Assembly: GCA_035310325.1 (NCBI GenBank)
Contig: DATGEH010000204.1
Coordinates: forward strand, 1-60,994
Source of the DNA: Gaiellaceae bacterium
Lineage (GTDB): Bacteria > Actinomycetota > Thermoleophilia > Gaiellales > Gaiellaceae
Direction: 5' to 3'
DNA length: 60,994 bases
The notes beneath the pieces were generated by a model. The model saw only the letters and a program-made list of their open reading frames with translations. It was not told the origin of the DNA and ran no database searches. This document shows, in pieces, positions 54,093 through 60,994 of this stretch; position 1 is the first letter of the stretch, and every line of letters begins with the position of its first letter. Both the position numbers and the translations under genes were made by a program.

Positions 54093-55041
54093 CGTCGACG
54101 ACCGACGCGGCAGGAATCGGGCGTTTCAGCAGCTGCCGTGCTCGCATCCAGTCGCCGAAGCGCTGCCACGCGGGGAGGCTGAGGCATCCGACGCCCTTCG
54201 GCCCTGTGAGCAGGCGCAGGGTTGCCGGCGTCGCGCGCGCAAGGAATCTCGGGTCGGAAGCGGTCACCTTCTTCAGGATGGCGAGCGCGCGCGCGGGGTG
54301 GCGGCGGGCGTCGTCGGTGCCGGCGAGGAACGCGCCGACGAACCGTTTGACCTCGGACCGGTAGGCGGGATCGTCGCGCAGGCGGTTCTTGTTCGCGACG
54401 AGGACGAGCTCGTCGTAGGTGGGGACTCCGGCGCGGTCGACCGGGATGACTGTGGGGTGGAGGCCGCGCAGCTGCAGCTGGATCCCCTCGACGTTGCGGT
54501 AGACGCCGAGCACGACGTCGACGCGGTGGGCGAGCAGCGCCGGCAGCAGGTTGTAGCCGACGGTGACGACCTTGACGTCCTTGCGCGTGAGCCCGACTCC
54601 GTGGAGAGCGGTGTCGAGTGTCGCGTAATCGGAGGGGACTCCGGTGATGCCGATCGTGCGTCCCTTCAGGTTGCGCAGCGACGTGACCTGCGGCTCGATC
54701 GCCATGAAGGAGTTGAGCGGATGCGGCACCACGGCGGCGACCGCGACGACGGGCAGCTTCTTGGCGGCGGCGAAGAAGAGCTCCTGCTCGTAGCTGACGG
54801 CGAGGTCGCTCCGGCCGACGCCGACGAGCTTGAGCGGTGCGGTCGGGTCGGACGGCGAGTGGATCGCGACGTCGAGGCCGGCCTGCGCGAAGAGGCCGGT
54901 GTCGCGTGCGTCGTAGAAGCCGACGTGGTCGGGGTTGGGCGTCCAATCGAGCGTCAGCGTCATCTTCTGCGAGCCCGCGAGTGCGGCGGGGACGAGAGCG
55001 ACGAGCGCTGCGAGTGCGGCGACGACGATGGTTCTAGGCAT
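54064..55041 (-). CDS. thiY: NMT1/THI5-like ABC substrate-binding protein (ThiY-like pyrimidine precursor binding)
   Basis: Signal peptide plus TLDWTPNPDHVGFY pattern. Last gene of a TPP-riboswitch-controlled operon. Confidence 0.65.
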   Translation of the reverse strand: MPRTIVVAALAALVALVPAALAGSQKMTLTLDWTPNPDHVGFYDARDTGLFAQAGLDVAIHSPSDPTAPLKLVGVGRSDLAVSYEQELFFAAAKKLPVVAVAAVVPHPLNSFMAIEPQVTSLRNLKGRTIGITGVPSDYATLDTALHGVGLTRKDVKVVTVGYNLLPALLAHRVDVVLGVYRNVEGIQLQLRGLHPTVIPVDRAGVPTYDELVLVANKNRLRDDPAYRSEVKRFVGAFLAGTDDARRHPARALAILKKVTASDPRFLARATPATLRLLTGPKGVGCLSLPAWQRFGDWMRARQLLKRPIPAASVVDVSLLPSRCR

Positions 55042-55786
55042 TGCGGGCCTCCGGCTGCCAGGGGACGACGAAACGCTCGGCGAGGGTGACGAGCGCGTAC
55101 AGCGCAAGCGCGAGCGCGCTCAGAGCGAGCACGGCCGCGAAGATGCGTGCGGTCTCGAGCGCGGGCTGGGCCTGGAGGATCACAAAGCCGAGCCCGGCGG
55201 AGGAACCGGCCCACTCGCCGAAGACGGCGCCGACCGCGGCGTAGGTTGCCGCGACGCGTGCGCCGGAGAAGATCGCCGGCAACGCGCCGGGCAGCTCGAC
55301 ACGGCGGAAGATCGCGAGCCGGCCGCCGTGCAGCGTCCGCATCATCCGCACCAGCTCCGGATCGGCGGAGCGGAGGCCGTCCACGGCGTTGACGACGATC
55401 GGGAAGAAGCAGACGACCGCGACCACGATGAGCTTCGGCTCGATCCCGTAGCCGAGCAGGATCGCCAGGATGGGCGCTAGCAGCACGGTCGGCACGGTCT
55501 GCGAGAGCACGAGGATCGGCAGCAGCGCCCTGCGGAGTGCGGTCGAGAAGTGGAGCACGACGGCGATCGCGACTGCGACGGCGACCGCCAGCAGGTAGCC
55601 GAGCGCCATCTCACGCACGGTCACGAGCGTCGCGCGGCCGAGCAGACCGGCGTCGTCCACGAGGGAGGACGCGACTGCGGTGGGCGCAGGGAAGAGGTAG
55701 TCCGGCACGTGCGCGGCGCGCACGACCAACTCCCAGACGCCCACCGCGGCTGCGAGGAGCGCGAGGGGTGGCCAGATCCGTCTCAT
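55034..55786 (-). CDS. thiX: ABC transporter permease (ThiX-like)
   Basis: 250 aa with 6 TM-like segments. The stop overlaps the thiY start and the start overlaps the thiZ stop. Confidence 0.65.
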   Translation of the reverse strand: MRRIWPPLALLAAAVGVWELVVRAAHVPDYLFPAPTAVASSLVDDAGLLGRATLVTVREMALGYLLAVAVAVAIAVVLHFSTALRRALLPILVLSQTVPTVLLAPILAILLGYGIEPKLIVVAVVCFFPIVVNAVDGLRSADPELVRMMRTLHGGRLAIFRRVELPGALPAIFSGARVAATYAAVGAVFGEWAGSSAGLGFVILQAQPALETARIFAAVLALSALALALYALVTLAERFVVPWQPEARNA

Positions 55787-56568
55787 CCGATCGCCTCCAG
55801 TGCCCGCTCGCGCAGCTCGACGAAGGCCGGGCTCGTCACGACTTCGCGTCGCGGCGCGTCACGCGAGACGTGCACGTTCAACTCCGCGGCTATCCGACCG
55901 TCGGCAAGCACGAGCACCCGCTCACAGAGGAGCAGGGCCTCCTCGACGTCGTGGGTGACGAGCAGCACCGTCCGCGGTTCCGCCCTCAGTGCTGCGCCGA
56001 GCCATTCCTGCAGTTCGGAGCGTGTGATCGCGTCGAGCGCGCCGAACGGCTCGTCCAAGAGCAGCACCGGTTTGTCGGCGAGCAGCGTGCGCAGGAACGC
56101 GACGCGCTGACGCATCCCGCCCGAGAGCTTCGCCGGCCGCAGCCGCTCAGCCCCTGCCAGGCCGAGCCGTGCGAAGAGCGGTGCCGCGCGATCGTGTGCC
56201 TCGCGTCGCGGGACTCCCGCGTTTTCGAGCGCGAGCGCCGCGTTGGCGAGCGCGCTCCGCCAGGGAAGAAGACAGTCGCGCTGCGGCATGAGCGCGCAGC
56301 GTGTAAGCCGATCGCCTGCAGCGGTCGCGTCGCCGACGGAGATCTCGCCGGCATCGGGTTCGTCGAGGCCTGCCACGAGCGAGAGCAGCGTCGACTTCCC
56401 GGCACCGCTCCTGCCCACGATGCCGACGCGTCCCTGTGCAGGGACGACTACGTCGAGGCCGTCGAGTGCGCGCTTCTCGCCGAACGCCCGGACGACCCCT
56501 TCTGCGACGACGCTGACTCCGCCCCCGCGGAGCGGTGCGGCGTTGACTTCGGCTATCGACGGCGACAA
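55783..56568 (-). CDS. thiZ: ABC transporter ATP-binding protein (ThiZ-like, NitT/TauT family)
   Basis: Walker A GRSGAGKST, signature LSGGMRQRVAFLR, Walker B LLLDEP. The TTG start at 56568 is immediately 3-prime of the riboswitch. Confidence 0.7.
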   Translation of the reverse strand: MSPSIAEVNAAPLRGGGVSVVAEGVVRAFGEKRALDGLDVVVPAQGRVGIVGRSGAGKSTLLSLVAGLDEPDAGEISVGDATAAGDRLTRCALMPQRDCLLPWRSALANAALALENAGVPRREAHDRAAPLFARLGLAGAERLRPAKLSGGMRQRVAFLRTLLADKPVLLLDEPFGALDAITRSELQEWLGAALRAEPRTVLLVTHDVEEALLLCERVLVLADGRIAAELNVHVSRDAPRREVVTSPAFVELRERALEAIG

Positions 56569-56571
56569 GCG

Positions 56572-56660
56572 GCTCCCTTCGCCGGCATGACCCGGATCAG
56601 GTTCGACGGGTACACGCTAGGAAGCGCTCTCTCAGCCCCTCGCATAGGGGCTCCCCGGTA
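56572..56660 (-). promoter_or_regulatory. TPP (THI-box) riboswitch
   Basis: Minus strand: CGGGGAGCCCCTATGCGAGGGGCTGAGAGAGCGCTTCCTAGCGTGTACCCGTCGAACCTGATCCGGGTCATGCCGGCGAAGGGAGCC. It contains the conserved CUGAGA, ACCUGAUCCGG.UAAUGCCGGCG.AGGGA-type core. Confidence 0.9.
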
Positions 56661-56734
56661 GTCGAAGCTTACCTCCGGGCTGTCCCAGCGAGGCGATCCT
56701 TGATTCGGAACGCCTCTCGCAGCGCGAAGAACTC

Positions 56735-56761
56735 AACGGGAGCGACGGGACTCGAGCCCGG
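56735..56761 (-). repeat. Second copy of the tRNA 3-prime-end-like sequence (T-arm plus acceptor 3-prime strand only)
   Basis: The plus strand AACGGGAGCGACGGGACTCGAGCCCGG matches 53367-53393 at 24 of 27 positions in the same orientation. No 5-prime acceptor partner is present. Confidence 0.55.
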
Positions 56762-56897
56762 GCTTTACGCCTCACGACGTCGAGATCCGATCAGGTGGTG
56801 CGATTGGTCACGACTCTCACCTTTTGCGGCGCTCTGCAAGGGTGAAGCGAATGAGATCCAATGCGGGTTGAGACGGGCTCAGCTCGGCCTTGCTCGC

Positions 56898-58571
56898 TCA
56901 GCCCCGCGGTTGATGGGTCGGGTCGGCTCGAAGCTCGCGGCGAAGGATCTTTCCGGTGGGAGTCTTGGGGAGCTCGTCGAGGATCTCGATCCGGCGCGGA
57001 TACTTGTACGCGGCCATCCGTTCCTTGCAGAACTCGATCAACTCGGCCTCCTCGGCGCTCTGCCCGGCCTTCAGGCTGATGAACGCCTTGACGCTCTCCC
57101 CGCGATAGTCGTCCGGGACGCCCACGACGGCGGCTTCTCGAACGGCGGGATGGGCGTAGAGGACGTCCTCGACCTCGCGGGGCCAGACCTTGTAGCCGGC
57201 TGCGTTGATCACGTCCTTCTTCCGGTCGACGACGTAGAACCAGCCCTCCCCGTCCATGAAGCCCACGTCGCCCGTGTAGAGAACGCCTCCGGGCATCGTC
57301 TGCCGGGTGTCGTCGGGCTTCTCCCAGTAGCCGGGGACGATCTGGGGGCCGCTGATCGCGATCTCCCCGGCGTCGCCGGGCGGGAGCTCCCGGTGGTCCT
57401 CGTCGACGATCGTCGACATCGTGTTGAAGACCGGGAGGCCGACCGCGAGGGCGCCCGAGGCGGGATCGACCGGCGCGCGCGTGCCGAACGGGACCATGTG
57501 CGACGGCGACGTCGTCTCGGTGAGCCCGTAGACGGAGTGGATGTACGTCCCGAAGCGCTGCTCGTACGCCTCCACCGTCGTCGGCGCGATCGGCGCTCCG
57601 CCGCTGTACAGCTTCGTGAACGACGAGAGGTCGCGCTCGTGCGCGGTGGGATGGTTCATCAGACCGATGAAAGCGGTGATCGACGCGACGGTGAACGTCG
57701 CCCGGTAGCGCTCGACCATCTCGACGAGGGTGTCGACGTCGAACCGGTAGAAGAGCACCAACGGCATCGGCACGAGCGTGGCGACGGCGACGTGCGCGAT
57801 CAGCCCGGTGATGTGGAACAGCGGGGCGACTCCGAGCACGACGTCGTCCTCGCCGAGCTGGATCCAGTCCCGGTACACCTGCGCGTTGAACGCGACGTTG
57901 CGATGGGTGTTCATCGCGCCCTTCGGCGGCCCCGTCGTTCCCGACGTATACGTCAGGAACGCGACGTCGTCGGGCCCGAGGACGACGGGACCGAGCTCCT
58001 GCCCGGCGTGCGCGAGCGCGAGCTCGAGCAGGTCGTGCGTCCCGGTCGACCGGCTCCGCCGCACCTCGGCGAGCAACGCCGGGAACGGCGCGTCGAGGAA
58101 GTCGAGCTCCGACGTCGTGACGACGACGCGGACCGGGGTGGCAGGGACGACGGCCGCCGCCACGTCCCGGTACAGCGTCTCGAGCGTGATGAGGGCGGCG
58201 GCGCCGGAGTCGTTCAGGGTGAACTCGAGCTCGCGCTGCTTGAGCATTGGATTCACCGGCACCATGATCGTGCCGAGCTTCCACGTCGCGAGCTGCGCCA
58301 GGACGAACTGCGGGATGTTCTGGACGTAGACGGCGACACGCTCCCCGCGCCGGATGCCGAGCTCGTACAGGCCGCGCGCCAGTCCGTCGGAGAGGCTGTC
58401 CGCGGCGCCGAACGTGATCGAGGAGTCGAAGTAGTGGATGAACGGCCGGTCCGCGCTGCGCTCGACGGCTGCCGCGAACATCTCGAGGGCGTTGGAGAAG
58501 CTCGGCGTGACGTCGCCGGGCAGCCCGGATTCGTACCGTTCGAGCCACGGGCGGTCCAGGTACGCGCTCAT
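56898..58571 (-). CDS. Long-chain fatty-acid-CoA ligase (FadD-type AMP-binding enzyme)
   Basis: YTSGTTGPPKG, GYWEKPD, TGDVG...DRKKD motifs. 557 aa. Confidence 0.85.
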   Translation of the reverse strand: MSAYLDRPWLERYESGLPGDVTPSFSNALEMFAAAVERSADRPFIHYFDSSITFGAADSLSDGLARGLYELGIRRGERVAVYVQNIPQFVLAQLATWKLGTIMVPVNPMLKQRELEFTLNDSGAAALITLETLYRDVAAAVVPATPVRVVVTTSELDFLDAPFPALLAEVRRSRSTGTHDLLELALAHAGQELGPVVLGPDDVAFLTYTSGTTGPPKGAMNTHRNVAFNAQVYRDWIQLGEDDVVLGVAPLFHITGLIAHVAVATLVPMPLVLFYRFDVDTLVEMVERYRATFTVASITAFIGLMNHPTAHERDLSSFTKLYSGGAPIAPTTVEAYEQRFGTYIHSVYGLTETTSPSHMVPFGTRAPVDPASGALAVGLPVFNTMSTIVDEDHRELPPGDAGEIAISGPQIVPGYWEKPDDTRQTMPGGVLYTGDVGFMDGEGWFYVVDRKKDVINAAGYKVWPREVEDVLYAHPAVREAAVVGVPDDYRGESVKAFISLKAGQSAEEAELIEFCKERMAAYKYPRRIEILDELPKTPTGKILRRELRADPTHQPRG

Positions 58572-58576
58572 GTGCC

Positions 58577-59734
58577 TTAGAGCAGGCTGTCTCCGGTTCG
58601 GCGGTCGAAGAAGTGCAGCCGGCTGGGATCGAGAGCGAGCCGCAGACGGCCGCCACGCTGCGCGCTCGAACGCGGGTCGATGCGCGCGTTGAAGAGCGCG
58701 CCCTCGTCGACGAGCATCGCTTCGTCGTTCTCGCGCGCCGCGCGCAGGTCGACGGCGTCGACGCGCGGCGCGTCGATTGGGAAGATCACGTGCGCGTCGG
58801 CGCCGAGGTCCTCGAGCACGCCGACCTCGACCTCGATCTGCGGCAGGCCCGGCTCGGCGAACGCGGCATCCTCGAAGCTCTCCGGCCGCAGTCCGAGGAT
58901 CACGCGCCCGTTATCGGCGCGGCGCGGGCGCCGCTTCGGATCGAGCGGGAGGGTGAAGCCGGCGAACGACACCGAATCGTCGGCGACGGCGGCCTCGACG
59001 AGGTTCATCGACGGCGAGCCGATGAATGCGGCCACGAACAGGTTCGCCGGCTCGCGATAGAGGGCCTGCGGCTCGCCGGCCTGCTGGATGCGCCCGTCGC
59101 GCATGACGGCCACCCGCTGGCCGAGCGTCATCGCCTCGATCTGGTCGTGCGTGACGTAGACGGTGGTCACGCCGAGCCGCTCGTGCAGCCGCGCGAGCTG
59201 CGCGCGCATGTCCACCCGGAGCTTGGCGTCCAGGTTCGACAGCGGCTCGTCCATGAGAAATGCCGCGGGCTCGCGCACGATCGCGCGGCCCATTGCGACG
59301 CGCTGTCGCTGCCCGCCCGAGAGCTGGGCCGGCTTCCGGTCCAGCAGCTCTTCGAGGCCGAGCATGCGCGCGACCTCGTCCACTCGGCGGCGGATCTCGC
59401 TCTTTTCCGTCTTCCGCATCCGCAGCCCGTAGCCGAGGTTCTCGCGCGTGCTCATGTGCGGATAGAGCGCGTAGCTCTGGAACACCATCGCCACGTCGCG
59501 GTCGCGCGGCGACACGTCGGTGACGTCTCCGCCGCCGATCTCGATGTGTCCGTCGGTGACGTCCTCGAGCCCGGCGATCATGCGCAGGAGCGTCGTCTTC
59601 CCGCAGCCCGACGGCCCGACGAGGACCATGAACTCTCCTTCGTCGACCGTCAGGTCCACGGCGTCCACAGCGACGACGGAGCCGAAGCGCTTCGTCACTC
59701 CGCTGAGCGCGATCCCGTGTCCGGCGGCGGTCAT
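58577..59734 (-). CDS. MalK/UgpC/MsiK-type ABC ATP-binding protein without adjacent permease or SBP
   Basis: [34 protein letters not shown], plus a C-terminal TOBE-like domain. The ATG at 59734 overlaps the upstream TGA. Confidence 0.85.
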   Translation of the reverse strand: MTAAGHGIALSGVTKRFGSVVAVDAVDLTVDEGEFMVLVGPSGCGKTTLLRMIAGLEDVTDGHIEIGGGDVTDVSPRDRDVAMVFQSYALYPHMSTRENLGYGLRMRKTEKSEIRRRVDEVARMLGLEELLDRKPAQLSGGQRQRVAMGRAIVREPAAFLMDEPLSNLDAKLRVDMRAQLARLHERLGVTTVYVTHDQIEAMTLGQRVAVMRDGRIQQAGEPQALYREPANLFVAAFIGSPSMNLVEAAVADDSVSFAGFTLPLDPKRRPRRADNGRVILGLRPESFEDAAFAEPGLPQIEVEVGVLEDLGADAHVIFPIDAPRVDAVDLRAARENDEAMLVDEGALFNARIDPRSSAQRGGRLRLALDPSRLHFFDRRTGDSLL

Positions 59735-60994
59735 TCGTACGGGGGTCGCACCGTGAGGACCGGGACGCCGAGCAGCTGCATCGCCACCGGCAGGCTCGGC
59801 ATGTCGTCGACCATCAGCGCGACCTGCTCGCCTCGTCCGACGAGCCCGCCGACATGATGCACCTTGAAGTCCTCGAGCCCCGGGGGCACGCCGTCGGCGC
59901 CGCCGAGGATGAGCTCGTCGTACGGCACGCCGTGCGCGGCGAGCCATGCTTCGGTCAGATCGCGCGCTGCCTCGTCGCGGGAGCTGACGATGACGATCCG
60001 GTAGTGCGGAGCGAGAAGCTGGACGAGCCGGCACGCCCCGGGGATCGGCATGTCGTTCTCGCACGCAAGCGAGTATGCGACCCAGTCCGTGTCCTCGCGC
60101 GGGTCCGCGATCAGGTGGTGGCGCGGGCTCGTGTCGCACAGGGTCGAGTCCAAGTCGATGCAGATCGTCCCCCGTTTCGGCGCCGACTCGATCGGAGCGC
60201 GGACGTCGTACCAGCGACCGTACTCGGCGATGACGCGGGTCGTGCCCGGCGGCGGCAGGAGCCGGAGCGGGTCCGCGCTGTGCAGCGGATAGAGCACGTC
60301 CGGCGTGACGAGCTGGACGAAGCGATGTAGGTCATGGGGTGTCGCGTGGCCGCTCGTCCCGATGGACGCGAACGGGATCTCGAGCCGCGCGAGCCACTGC
60401 TGGAGCAGGTCCCACGCCGGCTGAAACGGGCCGAGCGGCTCCCCGTTCGCGTGCAGGAAGATCGAGCCGACGCCGACGCGCAGCTCGAGCAGCACGTCGA
60501 GCCTCTCGGAGGCGATCTGGACGACGAAGCGGGACGGGTCGCTCCGCACCGCGTCGATCGCCGCGCCGTCGAGCTCTTCCACGCCCTGCATGCCCCAGGC
60601 ACGAAGGAACGATGCGATCGCCGGCGGCCACAGGATCGTGCGCCCGTGCTTCCGTGCGATGGTCGTGAACGACTCGACCCGTTCGATGTCGCGCGGGTAC
60701 AGCGTGAGCAGCACGAGCCCCGGAGTCCGCGCGAGCGCGTCGTCGAACGCGGCCTCGACCTCGCTCTCCGGCCGGAGGACGATACGTGGGTCGCCCGTGA
60801 GCGTCGTCCCCTCCATCACGAGCGCATGCGCTCCGCGTGCACGTTCCGCGAAGCGCTCCGTCAGCTCGGGATGGCGCCCGTGCAACCTGAGGTCGCCGCT
60901 GTAGGCGACGACGCCGGCGTCGGTGTGGACGAGGAAGCCGGAGGCGCCGGGGATGTCGTGGTCGACGGCGTACCGCTCGACGACGAACGGTCCC
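59731..60994 (-). CDS. MBL-fold (RNase J-like) hydrolase fused to a HAD/PNK-type phosphatase domain (5-prime end outside window)
   Basis: The reading frame is open to the window edge (..VDHDIPGASGFLVHTDAGVVAYSGDLRLHG..). The C-terminal ICIDLDSTLCDT (DxDxT) and IVSSR, MVDD motifs are HAD-like. Confidence 0.6.
   Translation of the reverse strand, partial: GPFVVERYAVDHDIPGASGFLVHTDAGVVAYSGDLRLHGRHPELTERFAERARGAHALVMEGTTLTGDPRIVLRPESEVEAAFDDALARTPGLVLLTLYPRDIERVESFTTIARKHGRTILWPPAIASFLRAWGMQGVEELDGAAIDAVRSDPSRFVVQIASERLDVLLELRVGVGSIFLHANGEPLGPFQPAWDLLQQWLARLEIPFASIGTSGHATPHDLHRFVQLVTPDVLYPLHSADPLRLLPPPGTTRVIAEYGRWYDVRAPIESAPKRGTICIDLDSTLCDTSPRHHLIADPREDTDWVAYSLACENDMPIPGACRLVQLLAPHYRIVIVSSRDEAARDLTEAWLAAHGVPYDELILGGADGVPPGLEDFKVHHVGGLVGRGEQVALMVDDMPSLPVAMQLLGVPVLTVRPPYE

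Noticed and set aside
1-60994. Prophage, integrative element, IS element or in-frame-TGA selenoprotein genes
   Set aside because: No integrase, transposase, recombinase, capsid or terminase signatures were seen in any frame. No otherwise intact family-like gene was seen interrupted by a single TGA. The only mobile-element hint is the pair of tRNA-end repeats reported above.

Overview
This is a G+C-rich (about 70% by eye) bacterial chromosomal segment with an actinobacterial-type gene set: PAC2 protein, CtaA, KorAB, Mug, NadE and thioredoxin-type ArsC. GTG/TTG starts and 1-4 nt start/stop overlaps are common, and several divergent gene pairs are only 17-25 nt apart. I call about 65 protein genes, mostly housekeeping, metabolic or transport. 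The long ORFs in the track (805, 1133, 726, 881 aa and similar) are frame run-throughs or antisense artefacts; real genes were delimited by recognisable motifs and coupled starts. No rRNA, functional tRNA, CRISPR array, transposase or integrase was seen.

Most interesting observations:
- Two paralogous XRE-HTH + TPR regulators each sit next to an unannotated, strongly SD-preceded mini-ORF (36 and 32 codons) that encodes a signal-peptide-like pro-peptide. This architecture resembles RNPP/Rgg peptide quorum sensing, which is described in Firmicutes.
- A stand-alone candidate sRNA of about 170 nt has a near-consensus promoter and an intrinsic terminator.
- A tandem GGGGTCWGACCCC palindromic repeat family occurs at two loci.
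- A textbook TPP riboswitch precedes a thiZXY-like transporter, and the locus is bracketed by two tRNA 3-prime-end-like direct repeats next to a deletion scar.
- Several genes are disrupted: a histidine kinase without its DHp domain, a frameshifted MarR, an ABC ATPase stub, a frameshifted Rieske oxygenase and a truncated TIGR03118 gene. These are either real decay or assembly indels.

All functional calls rest on motif recognition by eye; no database search was run.
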